Source: Eledone cirrhosa
Taxonomy: Eukaryota
Direction: 5' to 3'
Assembly (NCBI GenBank): GCA_964016885.1
Contig: OZ024746.1
Coordinates: 73,594,001-73,658,000, forward strand
Length of the DNA stretch: 64,000 nt
Below are positions 13,428-26,368 of this stretch, piece by piece. The stretch's first letter is position 1. Every line of letters begins with the position of its first letter. The notes below the pieces were generated by a model. It did not search any database, was not told the origin of the DNA, and saw only the letters and a list, made by a program, of their open reading frames with translations. The position numbers were made by a program, and so were the translations under genes.

Positions 13428-14384
13428 ACTAGACATGAAAAATGCGCAAGCTCAAAAGTGCCACAGAATGTTATAATAAACCTTCAAAAGTGTGGGACTA
13501 GAGTTGTTGCTAAAAAATATTGTAATCATTATATATCGTACATTCTGTGGCATCCTTTATAAAAATAGCTTAAACCAACGAAGCCTTTATTTTTACGCTA
13601 TTTCACTTAGTTAATTCTTAGAGTGTAACATATAAAAATAAATACATCTATGTTTAATGTAATAACAGCTATAAATAATTACGTAATATTATTATCATAT
13701 ACTCATAGTAACAAAATAATTGTGTTGAAAATTAATATGATGCTTATATGAACGATCAAATCTATAATGATAATTTCTTAAATATACTAATAGTAAAATA
13801 ATTTAGTTATCTATTGTTACATTTTCATAGAACTATAATATTAACAATCGTATTGCATTATCAAATTTTTATCACTACAAACTTTCATATTGGAATTACC
13901 TTAAGCCACTTATTATTACTTCGCTTTTGTACTTTTACAGCTGTAGATATTGCGCTGTATCTTATATCTAATATCAATATCTCATGGTAATTTGCATGCA
14001 GTGTAAAATAGGTTTATTAATAACTTTAATATGAAATGTATTATACAGGGCTGCGGAGTCGGCCAAAAATTGACTGGCTCCAACTCAGGATCCGATACTC
14101 CATTATTTCCTAAATTTCAGCTCCGCAGCTCTGTTATTATATTAATTAATTTATTTTATAGTTGTAAATCATATTTTTATATGTTACACTCTAAGAATTA
14201 ACTAAGTGAAATAGCGTAAAAATAAAGGCTTCGTTGGTTTAAGCTATTTTTATAAAGGATGCCACAGAATGTACGATATATAATGATTACAATATTTTTT
14301 AGCAACAACTCTAGTCCCACACTTTTGAAGGTTTATTATAACATTCTGTGGCACTTTTGAGCTTGCGCATTTTTCATGTCTAGT
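13428..14384. repeat. Inverted repeat with 213-bp arms (13428-13640 / 14172-14384)
   Basis: Arms are reverse complements with no mismatch seen; the right arm abuts a (TA)n tract. Confidence 0.9.
14046..14133. mobile_element. 88-bp hAT-type MITE
   Basis: TIRs CAGGGCTGCGGAG / CTCCGCAGCTCTG; 8-bp flanks GTATTATA / TTATTATA (7/8). Confidence 0.65.
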
Positions 14385-14584
14385 ATATTATATATATATA
14401 TTATATATATTATATATTATATATATATATATATATTATATATATTATATATATATATATGTGTGTGTATAGCCAAGAGTTTTCAAAGTAATAGATCAAG
14501 GGAAAAAAGCGGTCTATGTGATGTATGAAGCCAAACATGGTGTTTAAAATTTGAAACGTTAGAAACATGCATTTGTGTTGAGAT

Positions 14585-14713
<129 letters not shown>

Positions 14714-14832
14714 ATCTGTGTGTGTGTGTATATATACTATGTAATTTACAGAGCCAAACATGCTTGTTGAAATGTGAAACCTTAGATAACATACATTTGT
14801 GTTGCGGTCTTTTTTTAAATATATATATATAA

Positions 14833-14867
<35 letters not shown>

Positions 14868-15124
14868 CAAGTGGAAGCTTAGTAGAATCGAAGCTTTGGC
14901 TGTGGCCAAGCAAAATCGACCTACAATTAGGAATGAGAAAATGAGAAGCAAAGCACTCAATAAGGTCGGGCCTTAGAGTAATAACATACGTTTAGACAGC
15001 TTGACATATTGAAAATTGCGGCAGGCAAAACCCAGCCATACAATACCAAAAGAACGAAAAAACTAATCATATATATATATATATATATATATATGAGGTA
15101 TAAACGTTAGAATATGTGTAATAA

Positions 15125-15588
<464 letters not shown>

Positions 15589-15593
15589 ACATA

Positions 15594-16055
15594 TACGAGG
15601 TCCGCCGAAAAAGCGCGCCTGGAATGTTTATTTTTTTTGTTTTTTCTGAATGGCATTCGGTTCTTTTTGTGCAGACTACATTATGTATTCCTGGCTTTCA
15701 AATATGATAGGTGCCATGTTTTGAGAACAGGGGGCTGCAAAATGAGTGAAATACTTCCAAGAGACCTTAGATCAGCTTCGACCAATGAACGAGCGTGTTG
15801 TCATGATACAGCTACCAGTTTTGCGAGATCCATCGATCCTGCAGTTTCTTGCGCTGAACTGCACAACAAAGATCGTGAAGCACGTCTTCATAACATTCCT
15901 TTGTAACTGTTTGCTTTTCTGGTACCTATTCGTAATGCACAACACACCGGTAGTCGAAGAAAACTGTCAGCATCTCTTTGATTTTGATATGTTTTTGAGG
16001 GGCCTTGGAGACGTTGGGGTGTTACACTGTGATGATCGGGCTTTGGTTTCCTGAC
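15594..16055 (-). mobile_element. Mariner/Tc1 transposon fragment with one TIR
   Basis: Minus-strand broken frames [31 protein letters not shown]...W.LYHDN; TACGAGG end at ~15594. Confidence 0.75.
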
Positions 16056-16066
16056 GTACATGCACA

Positions 16067-16414
16067 CAGGGGCTTAACTAGGACATAGCAAGCATGGTAC
16101 ATGCCATGGGTGCCATATGAACTAGGAGCACTTTCTATTAAAGTAAGATAATCTATCGTCGGAGAGTGAAAAAAAAAACTTCTTCAGATGTATAATCTGT
16201 CTTGGATTATTATGAGTGAAAAACACTATGATGGCAGGATCATTAAATCATTTATATAAATTATTAGGCCATTGTTTTCAATTTAAAATTAACGAATGCA
16301 GTTGGTATCCTAGAGCTGCTTTTATGGTTATCTGAAAGATAGGTATCAGATGTCAGAGCAGGGGCGTAATTTCGCTGCTTGCCATCAGCGCTATTTTCCT
16401 TAGTTACGCGTCTG
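16067..16414. mobile_element. Degenerate hAT-type MITE
   Basis: Ends CAGGGGCTTAACTAGG / CCTTAGTTACGCGTCTG; flanks CATGCACA / TATGCACA (7/8). Confidence 0.55.
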
Positions 16415-16484
16415 TATGCACACACATGAGGATATATGGTTTCACTCTGCACACTTTTATCTTTCTAACGTTGTTAATATACTT

Positions 16485-17222
16485 CGGTGGTTTGGAAGTA
16501 TCGGCAGAGCGTCAGACACCATGCTTTTCAGCATAGTTATGACCCTATACGTTCTGAGTTCAAATCCCGCCGAGGTCAATTTTCCTTTTCATACAGGGTC
16601 GATAAAATAAAGCACCAGTAATGCACTGGAGTAATTGCTGGCCTTGTGCCAAAAGTAGGCAGTATCGGTAGAGGGTCAGACGTCATGCTTTGCAGCAAAG
16701 TGTTACGGCCCTTGCCATTCTGAGTTCAAATCCCGCCGAGGTTAACTTTGCTTTTCATCCTTACGAGGTCGATAAAATAAAGTACCAGTAATGCACTGGG
16801 TAATTGCTGGCCTTGTGCCAACAGTAGAATTAACAGTAAGGGCGGTGGATTGGCAGTATCGGTAGAGGGTCGGACGCCATGCTTTCCAGCATAGTTACGT
16901 TCCTTTAAGATCTGAGTTCAAATCCCGCCGAGGTTGACTTTGCCTTTCATCCTTACCGGGTCGATAAAATAAAGTACCAGTAATGCACTGGGTAATTGCT
17001 GGCCTTGTGCCAACAGTAGAATTAACAGTAAGGGCGGTGGATTGGCAGTATCGGTAGAGGGTCGGACGCCATGCTTTCCAGCATAGTCACGTTCCTTTAC
17101 GATCTGAGTTCAAATCCCGCCGAGGTTGACTTTGCCTTTCATCCTTACCGGGTCGATAAAATAAAGTACCAGTAATGCACTGGGTAATTTGCTGGCCTTG
17201 TGCCAAAAGTAGAAACATTATT
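16485..17222 (+). mobile_element. Tandem array of four tRNA-derived SINE copies
   Basis: ~190-bp period; the last two units are near-identical, with junction CCAACAGTAGAATTAACAGTAAGGGCGGTGG. Confidence 0.9.
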
Positions 17223-18038
17223 ATACCCCCCCCCCCCAAAAAAAAAAACTGGATAATTTTCCGACACGCACATATGGGTTGATCAATGACGCAGCTTGCT
17301 CGCGAATTTAACGTGTAAATGACTGGGCCTTCTACAGACACGTGTACCCTTAACGTAGTGCTCGAAATGATTCGGTGTGACATATGATGTGACAAAGCTG
17401 AACCCTTGTATTACAGGTACAACGTGTAATATGGTGGGAGTGGTAGTGATGGTGTGGATATGGTTATGATTGTGGTAGTGGTAGTGGTAGTGATAGTGTG
17501 AATATGGTTATGATTGTGGTAGTGGTAGTGGTGGTGTGGATATGGCTATGGTAGTGATGATGTCACTCTAATGGTGAACATGTTGACAACAGAATGGTAA
17601 TGATAGTAGTTAGCGATATCATGAAGTTGAACGAGTGATAAAGAGAAATGTGTTGGTGGTATTGCTGACCAATGTGGCTGCTGTTGTTGTTTAATCCAAG
17701 GTCAGCGTTGATCCAGCTGACACGATCAAAGCACTCCAGTCGTGACCATTCGTTAAGTTTTCTCAGAAATATTACTACATCATTTAATATGTACCTCATT
17801 GTTTTTAAAGAAAGCAAGCTATTATTCAGGTGGTTAGTTTGCAGAATGGATAATATGCCTTGTTATATATATTTTGGCTGTGTTCTTCGTTCAAATCCTC
17901 TTGAGGTCAACTTTGCCTTTCATCTTTATGGAGTCGATAAATACAATAGTAGTCAAGTACTGAGGTCTATTACTCTCTCTCTCGTACCTCTCTTTCTCGT
18001 CCCCACTCTCTTTCTCTCTCTCTCTCTCCCTTCCTCTC

Positions 18039-18075
<37 letters not shown>

Positions 18076-18843
18076 ATTATCTATCTCACTCTATATACAA
18101 ATCAAAATTTGGCATACTTGGGTGATAGACAATCCATCACTTGGTTTAACACCAACAACTGACACTTGGATGTCTTCAGCAAAAATTCGGACCAGGTCTC
18201 CGGTATGAGGATACCTTTTCTCTCTCCCTTCCACCAGTCTTCAAGGCCCTAATCACGAAACGGACGTTCAATTAATCGAATGACTGAATGCTCATCTTTG
18301 ATATTGAAGGATGATCCGCCATATCTATATCGACATTATATTATTTTGGTGCGAATCTGTTGGGATATATCTGTGTTGAGGAAAATAATATTTTTCTTTT
18401 TTTACAAAGTAGATAATTTTTTCTAATACAGACACAAGGCCAGCAATTTAAGGGGAAAGGAAAATGTCAGTTATATCGACTAAGTATTTGACTGGTACTT
18501 TATTTTATAGATTCCGGGTAGATGAAAAGCAAAGTTAGTCTAGATGGGATTTGAACTCAGAACGTAAAGAGACATAACTATTTTGTCTGATGCTCTAAAG
18601 ATTCTATCAATCTTTTTTTAATATAATTTTGTATAGACGCCGTAGTGTTGTTATATTATAAGTATTACTAGTACACAGCGACACTGTATGAATAGTGATA
18701 GAGATATCGTGGCACGATAAGGTAGGATATGATAAAATAAAACACTACTGTTCAATCGGTGATTAGAAAACCGGGCACCTCTACGTTGACAAGATAAACT
18801 TTAATCTCCTTGAACTATATCTTGCATGTACAATCAAACATAG

Positions 18844-18896
<53 letters not shown>

Positions 18897-18899
<3 letters not shown>

Positions 18900-19331
18900 A
18901 AATTTCGCTTCGAGCATAGCCTTATACAATATGTATGGAAGTTTTTATGAAGCCGTAGCTATGTAAACACTTCTACTGGATACCACCAGGGGATGTTAGC
19001 CCCCCCCCCCCCGGTGTGTACATAGCTACGGCTTCATAAAAACTTCCATACATATTGTATAAAGCTATGCTCGAAGCGAAATTTTCTTTTTTATTATAAG
19101 TTGAGCCGACTTATGCAGCTTCATATACAAATGAGATTAATCACTTAATTTGCACAGACGAGAAAACTATATATTCTCGGCTGTTTTCAAGTCCAGCAGT
19201 CGCAAGAGGGGGGAGGGATCGTCCTGACGAAGGCCCGTCAAGCCTGAAATGCATAGACGGTTGTCCCCCTTGCTTCTACTGGATACCACCAGGGGGCTAA
19301 CGCCCCCCGGTGTTTACATAGCTACGGCTTC
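18897..19331 (+). mobile_element. Hammerhead monomer (~303 bp) with terminal redundancy and 74-bp fold-back; same family as 453-900
   Basis: 18970-19035 is repeated directly at 19273-19331; inverted arms 18897-18970 / 19014-19087; preceded by (TA)n. Confidence 0.75.
19218..19261 (+). ncRNA. Minimal type-I hammerhead ribozyme
   Basis: atcgtc-CTGACGA-aggc(ccgtcaa)gcct-GAAA-tgca-TA-gacggt; palindromic stem III ATGCAT. Confidence 0.85.
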
Positions 19332-19520
19332 GATTCGTTTGCAATTATGCAAACAAGCCTCAATTTTATAGCCATATCAGTAGAATGAACACTTCATTCT
19401 TGCTCTTATGTTGAACTGCAGTTCTGTTCGCATGCCAACATAAGAGCAAGGATGAAGTGTTCATTCTACTGACATGGCTATAAAATTGAGGCTTGTTTGC
19501 ATAATTGCAAACGAATCGAA
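19329..19520. repeat. Inverted repeat, 85-bp arms
   Basis: 19329-19413 pairs with 19436-19520; 2 mismatches. Confidence 0.9.
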
Positions 19521-19547
19521 TGTTATTAATATTCGAAAAATTCAGAT

Positions 19548-19588
<41 letters not shown>

Positions 19589-19592
<4 letters not shown>

Positions 19593-19949
19593 GAAAAACA
19601 CAGAAGTGTGTGTTTTCCTTTACAGGAATTTCAAACCACCAACGTGAAGAGAATATAAACTAATAGAGACATAGGAAAAACATTAAAATTAAAAGTATAA
19701 ATTAAAATGAGAAACCAACCTCATACACATGCTGATTACCCCTAAGGCCGAATTGGAACCCACTAAAATGGCGAAACAGTCTCCTGGTGAGTTTGTACAT
19801 GTGTGATTTAGGTATGAGGTTGGTTTCTCATTTTAATTTATACTTTTAATTTTAATGTTTGTCCTATGCCTCTATTAGCTTATATTCCCTTCACGCTGGT
19901 GGTCTGAAATTCCTGTAAAGGAAAACACACACTCCTGCGTTTTTCCCCT
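19589..19949. repeat. Inverted repeat, 138-bp arms, between (TA)n tracts
   Basis: 19589-19726 pairs with 19812-19949; 8 mismatches. The loop contains GGCGAAACAGTC, a possible 3' half of a hammerhead core. Confidence 0.9.
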
Positions 19950-20042
19950 CCATATATTGTATTTTAAAGTGCCCAGGAAAACTCTTTCCTTTGAGCTCAT
20001 TTAATTACAGGATTATACGCGAGTCCCTTACTCCGTTATTTT

Positions 20043-20107
<65 letters not shown>

Positions 20108-20110
<3 letters not shown>

Positions 20111-20518
20111 CTTGATCACCCTGACCGACCAGTCTGTCGGGCGTCCATTCGGCGCCGCTGGTCACAGCACGCCGTTCATTCCTCTCTGGATCGTGCTTTC
20201 CTCATCCATGCAGTCCCAATCGTATTCTTCAAATCGTAACTCCACCCCCGTGGAGGCCTTCCGAGTGGTCGTTTCCACTCACGCGGGTACCACTCGGCAA
20301 CTGCGCGGGTCCACCGATTATCGGTGAACCGGGCGACGTGTGCAGCCCATCTGAACTTGCTCCGCATATATTCCGTGATGACGTCCCTCACGCCGGACTT
20401 CTGTCTGATGACTTCGCTCCTGATGTGCACTCTCAACGAGATTCCTAGTATTGATCTCTCCATGGCTCTTTGAGCCGTTACCAGCCTCTGTTCTCTCTTC
20501 GTTGTAGCCCAGAAGTGG
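20108..20518 (-). mobile_element. RTE-group LINE 3' end
   Basis: AQRAMERSILGISL...IRSEVIR...KFRWAAHVAR...DNRWT...WYPR..KRPLGRPP.GW. Confidence 0.85.
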
Positions 20519-20519
20519 T

Positions 20520-21303
20520 TACACAACAGTTAGTTCACCATACCGAGAACAATTGTTTCACCTTAGCGGATCCTCAGCTCGTAATGGATATGGTTATACG
20601 GAACAGGAAGGACAACCGTACGAACGCGCAGGAGCAGAAACGATCACTTCACCCAGGCAATACTAAATTGCGTGCGAGAGGTGTAAGGGAGATAACTGTG
20701 AAAGTCCGAAAGTTTCTAGTTGATAAGAAAATTAGGATGTTGCTGTAATTCAATCCGGAGCTTTGTAGTTATGTAAGAGGTGTTTCCAGACGTGTGGACA
20801 ACGTGTGAAGAATTCATTTCTCGTGTTTAGGCAATCACTATTGCATAATCTCTTTAGAATATTTATTCGTTCATCAATACATAGTCCACACGACGGATTG
20901 CCCCTTGCGTATGGTTTGGACTTAGTGATGGCTTTCCATTGAATGGAGTAGTCTATACTTGAGTCCTTGAGGGACCATACGTGGCTCGCGAGTTTCGTGA
21001 ATGAACGTCTGTCCGGGTACCTAAAGGTCGACTGGTGGTTCAGGAAGCGTTCCTTAAATCGGCCCTCCGCCATACCCACATAGGATTTGACCTCCTGTGG
21101 TTGATTTGGTCGGTTGGAAGTGACCACAGCTTCATAAACTACAGCGGGTGTGTTGCATTACTGTTGAAGCGACACAAAGTAAAACTAGGATACTCCTGCG
21201 CTAAGAACATGAAGGCCCACATCACCAACAGCCCTAAGAGCAACACCCCACCAGGGTGCTCTTGCCGTAAGCCCGAAGCTTGTCCCCTTCAACAGCAATG
21301 TCA
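20520..21303 (-). mobile_element. 5'-truncated Penelope-like element (GIY-YIG + terminal repeat) with inverted 5' segment
   Basis: ORF 20750..21127 (VVYEAVV...YVGMAEGRFKERFLNHQSTF...CGLCIDE...LNTRNE). The upstream linker KVKLGYSC...CSCRKPEACPLQQQC is on the + strand at 21165-21302. Confidence 0.85.
20544..20581 (-). ncRNA. Minimal type-I hammerhead ribozyme in PLE terminal repeat
   Basis: Minus strand: cgag-CTGAGGA-tcc(gctaa)ggt-GAAA-caattg-TT-ctcg; palindromic stem III AACAATTGTT; weak stem II. Confidence 0.7.
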
Positions 21304-21304
21304 C

Positions 21305-21870
21305 GATGGCCAGTGGATAGTTCTCCCTACAGCGTGATCCAGGACAGGCGATGATCCTTCATGCTGGTGACGTGCCTTGCCCAGTGTAGTTGAGACTTCA
21401 GCATTAAGGCATCGATATTGGTGACCGCTCGTTCAAGGACTTCAACATTGGACAGAAAGTTACTCCAGTGGATGTTGAGAATGCTGGAAGCACTCGAGGA
21501 GTCGAAGGTGGTGGCGATAAGTGGCCCATGACTCTGAGCCATATAGGAGGGTGGTATGGACTATGGATCTGTACACTCGGATCTTGGTACCCTTCTTCAG
21601 GTGTTTATTATTCCATACGCGTTTGTACAGTCTGTCAAATGTACTGCTCACCTTTGTCAGCAGTCTGTTGCCTATTTCCCTGTCGATCTTGTTATCTGAC
21701 GTGATGGTGCACTCACTCCAGGTAGGAGAACTGATGTACCATTTTTAGTTCAGTCGCGCCAATGGTGATATGGGAGGGGTGGTATATTCCTGGGGTTCAG
21801 TTTAGTGGAGTCTTTCTGTCTTCTTGAAGCTGATTTCCAGCCCAAAGAGCTGGCCAGCCTCTGCAAAGTA
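21305..21870 (-). pseudogene. RTE (BovB-like) RT C-terminal relic
   Basis: FDRLYKRVW...TKIRVYRSIV.TTLLYGSESW; ILNIHW...SNVEVLERA...QLHWARHV. Confidence 0.85.
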
Positions 21871-22795
21871 GTAAGTGATGCACCTTGTTCCATTACATCT
21901 AATATTTTCCCTATAAACTACTTTGTTCCGTTAGTAGGAACTAGTTCTTCTATTTGGCACTGCACAACAGCAAGACATCTGAGAGGAGTATCATCAGTTT
22001 CTTTAGAGTTCCACTTTCCTTCTGTGAAGGTTGGTTTTCAATATATGCAAACATTTTTTGACATCTTAGGAAATTCCTGGACCTAGGTAATATGTACCTT
22101 CTAAAACCCACACCCACACACACAACACAACACACCCACACACACTTATATATTTATAAATATACATACATAAATAGTCTTTATAGAGAATTTATATAAC
22201 CACACCTTAACTTGGCATTGGTTTGAACTCTGATAGAGTACTGATCTTTCTACTATTTTAATCCTCATGCAAAATCAAAATGGCTGCTCATAAGATTTTG
22301 AGAGAAAGCGAGATTGAACGAAAAGAAAGCGACAAAGGGAACCACACAGCACCTCTTTCGGTAGTTATGTCCCTTAGATTATTTATTTACATATGAACAG
22401 TACGGGAACTTCTATAAGAGAAGAATTTTCTTTTAACAAGTTCGTTTGAAATGTGCAAGTCTATGAGTATGGGAATTTTGTGGTGGTCTGTATCAAAAAG
22501 CTTTTGATGTAGTATGTTTTGTAATAACTTGTGTAATATAGTGTTTATGAAAGTGTTGCTTGTCTTGAGACTTTTGACAAGAGATTTTTGTGTTTATGTA
22601 ATGATGCATGGTGGGAGTGTTGAGTGTTTATCGTGTGGAATGTGAAGCTGGTGCATATGGAAGTTTCTAGTGGGCTGATGTGAGCTTGCTAATGTGTGGG
22701 CAACATCAACGGCAACAACAATGACAAAAATAACATTAACAAAAACAAGAACAAGAATAACGAGGGAAACAGTAATAACAACAAGGGCAAAAAAC

Positions 22796-22991
22796 AATAA
22801 TTGTTTCTACTTTTGGGACAAGGCTAGCTATTACCCCAGCGCATTACTAGTACTTTATTTTATCGACCCCGTAAGGATGAAAGGCAAAGTTAACCTCGGC
22901 GGGATTTGAACTCAGATCACAAAGGGCCGTAACTCTATGCTGCAAATCATGGCGCCCGACCCTCTACCAAATACTGTCAATCCACCACCCT
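22796..22991 (-). mobile_element. tRNA-derived SINE
   Basis: Reverse complement of the SINE consensus. Confidence 0.85.
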
Positions 22992-23574
22992 GTATAATAA
23001 CAATGATAAAATGGTAGTGTGATCGTGTAAAAAGCTCTCCCGCTGGTTTGTTGCCAGTTAAAATGACTTCTTATTGTAAATGGCTGGAATATGAACTGGC
23101 TGTTTGATTCCAAAGTACAATCAATGCACCCCTTATCAAATGCTATCCAACATTGAGAAGCACAAATGTTGGTTACACCCTACTCGTTAGTAACCAATGA
23201 ACGTAAAATGAGCGATGGCAAATATACAACATGATAAACAGGTGGAGCAGGTTTAGGGTATGTTGGAAACATTCCACTTCAGCCAGTCGACCCAATTATC
23301 CTGATTATATTAATCATTTGACGGAAAAGTGAAACCATAGGTTACTTTGTTTACAGATTGTCTCTTGTAAAATAACTCAGCAAATAAATATGTGTATACA
23401 AAAGCAAAATCAAACACATAGAGTTCAAAGAGAGACAAATATAAACGTACAACTGCTTATATATGAATATACACACTCTCACCCACTGACACACATACAC
23501 GGATTCACACACAAATGCAAATACACATTGATACACGCACATACACACATAAATGAACACAAACACACTCACCT

Positions 23575-23866
23575 TTGATATGCAGTTTCAGCGGTGATTA
23601 GGACATATAAATGTTTGATTGAAAAGACAAGTTATTAATCTGCGGTTATGCTTATTTTCTCGTTTCTCTTGCTAGTATTGGGTACGGTTTTTCTCTATGT
23701 CTTCAATCTCTTTCCATCAGTGAAAACAGCAAAGCGGTAGCGATGTCTTCCACTCATGAAGGGTTGATGTTACTCCCCTTCAAAGTACTCTTTCTCTGGT
23801 CATTGAGCTCCATCATTGGTCCTCCAGCCTGACATTGGTTGTGGTATAGCTAGCCATAGCGGATCC

Positions 23867-23952
<86 letters not shown>

Positions 23953-24170
23953 GGAGAGAGAGAGCCGTCGGACATGTGCTGCTCTAAATGCCTGAGCCAT
24001 CTTATTTGATGCTGCATAGTATAGATTCGAAGATTTGGTTTTGTTTTGACTGAAAATTTCTGTGTGTGCAATTCTATCTCGACAGGAGACTGAAAGGATT
24101 TTCTGGAAACATTGAATATTGAAGGTCTTGAGAGACCTTAATGTGTCGATTATGTGTGGTTCATGTCGTA
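23575..24170 (-). pseudogene. RTE 3' relic interrupted by (GA)n
   Basis: FNIQCFQKILSVS.RDRIAHTEI; QIRWLRH; GRIRYG; decayed terminal finger FICP. Confidence 0.65.
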
Positions 24171-24229
24171 CATTCATCCAGGAGAGTGGAAACACAAACT
24201 GTTCGGTAGACGAGGAACTATATATACTG

Positions 24230-24334
<105 letters not shown>

Positions 24335-24419
24335 GATATATATTCGACGTATGAAGGTTCAACAGTTATCTCAGTTAATTGTTTAAGCCTTGAATAGCAC
24401 ATTGGTCCAGGTGCTGATT

Positions 24420-25700
24420 TTCACCACCATCAAGCCGCATTTAGTATAGATGACAGGATTTGAGTGGATTAGGCTGGAAGGTTTGTTCAAATCTTATAGT
24501 TAGATCTTAGATCACGAAGATGGACTTGCATTCAAATGGATCAATGTCACCGATGTTGCACTTTGTTAACAGATCGACACTGGAGACTACCAGAAAGAGC
24601 ATTACTACAGATAGAGCGAAGATAATGTTTGTGTAAAACATCAAGCTTATAAATGTGGTTGCTATAACGTGTCCATGACTCCGAGTCGTGTAAGAGTGTT
24701 GTCAGCAGCACTCCACGATAACCTGCAACTTTTGTTTTCAGGGATAAATCTCTGACATCCCACAGACGATGATACAGTTTGCCAAAGGCACCAGTTGCTT
24801 TGGAGACGCGATTGACAATCTCATCACCAAGGAATGTAGAGTGGTTCACCTAGCTACCAAGGTAAGTAAAGGAGTTCACATACTTCAGATACTTGCTATC
24901 AATAGTGTTGGGAGAAAGGGGATGCCTTTCCCCAGATGTCTTTGCTTAACACCTCTTACTAGCCCAGGGATTGGCTTCTTGATGCTGATTATTAAACCAA
25001 ATACATTGCAGGCAAGCGAGAAGCTGTTCGTTAATTCTTGTGACTCATCGAGGGAAGCTGCAACAAGTGCAGCATTACCAGCAAACAATAAATCACGAAT
25101 AACATTTGTTCGTTTAAGTGTTTTAGCTTTAGAGCGCTGATTGTTGAATAGACCACCTGATATACAGAATTCAAATTTGACACCGGTGTCTAAGTCACCA
25201 TATGCATACTTGAGCATTATAGAGAAGAACAAAGCGAAGAGAACATGAGCCATGACGCAACCTGCCTCGTACCGTTTGTGGCATTAAAGGGTTCAGAGTA
25301 TTCGCTATTTGACAAAACTGATACTTTCATGCCCTCGCAAAAAGACATGATGACATTTGGCATATTTTCAGGTATGCCAATAGTTTTGATGATTTTCCAG
25401 AGAGCTTTGTAATTGTCAGTGTCAAAAGCTTTGGTCACACCGACAAAAACCATAAATAGCTTCTGTTTTTTTCCATGGACCTTTGCAACCTGGTGAAAGG
25501 AGAAGATTATGTCAATAGTAACCCGACTAAATAAATATGAATAAGTTTGGATGTAATTCTGTCGAGAATGACAGGGGCAAGTACCTAACCAGCGTCACAG
25601 AGAAGGGAGATGGTGCAAGAGTTGTCACAGATAGATTTTGAAAACCTTTGTTTTTTCTTGCTGCCCATCAGACATCCTTCATTATCCCAAGTAAGGAATG
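24420..25700 (-). pseudogene. RTE RT-domain relic
   Basis: FVGVTKAFD; SEPFNATNGTRQ; IRDLLFAGNAAL; LGDEIVNRVSKATGAFGKL..RLW; LLHDSESW. Confidence 0.85.
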
Positions 25701-26180
25701 TTGCTGCTGCTTACAATCTTTGTAACCTTTCTAGTCTGTTATTAAAATTTTATCTCCAATCCAAAGTCTATGTAGCTTATGCATTACGCCGAAAAGTTAT
25801 GTACATCTGAATTGCTTTAATCCAACCAGTCCATGCATCTTTAACCTAATTACCAAGGAGATTCAAAGTGTCAGAGTGTGTAACAGGTTTGGCTCTTTGA
25901 ATTACAGGGACCGTCCATCCGATAAGCTTCCAAATAATTTTCGTCTTCCCAGTTTTACTCTCAAAATATCGATCGACTCGCGGCTATGGTAAATAGCACT
26001 TGTCCAAGATGCCACGAAGTGGGATCAAACCAAGGAGTTAATGATTGCGAATCGAACTCCTTAAACATTCAGCCATGGTGCTCCAACACAAAAGATATAC
26101 ACATGTGTGTATATACAGATATAGACACGTACATTGAAAAACGAATATTGAAGCCTCTTATAAGTACTATAGGATATAAT

Positions 26181-26368
26181 TGTTTCTACTTTAGGCACAA
26201 GGCCAGCAATTACCCAGTGCATTACTGGTACTTTATTTTATCGACCCCGTAAGGATGAAAGGCAAAGTCAACCTCGGCGGGATTTGAACTCAGATCGTAA
26301 AGGGACGTAACTATGCTGGAAAGCATGGCGTCCGACCCTCTACCGATACTGCCAATCCACCACCCTAA
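26181..26368 (-). mobile_element. Young full-length SINE with 16-bp TSD
   Basis: TACTATAGGATATAAT at 26165-26180 and 26369-26384. Confidence 0.9.

Noticed and set aside
23569-23600. Minus-strand splice donor GTGAGT
   Set aside because: Upstream sequence is the decayed RTE terminal zinc finger.
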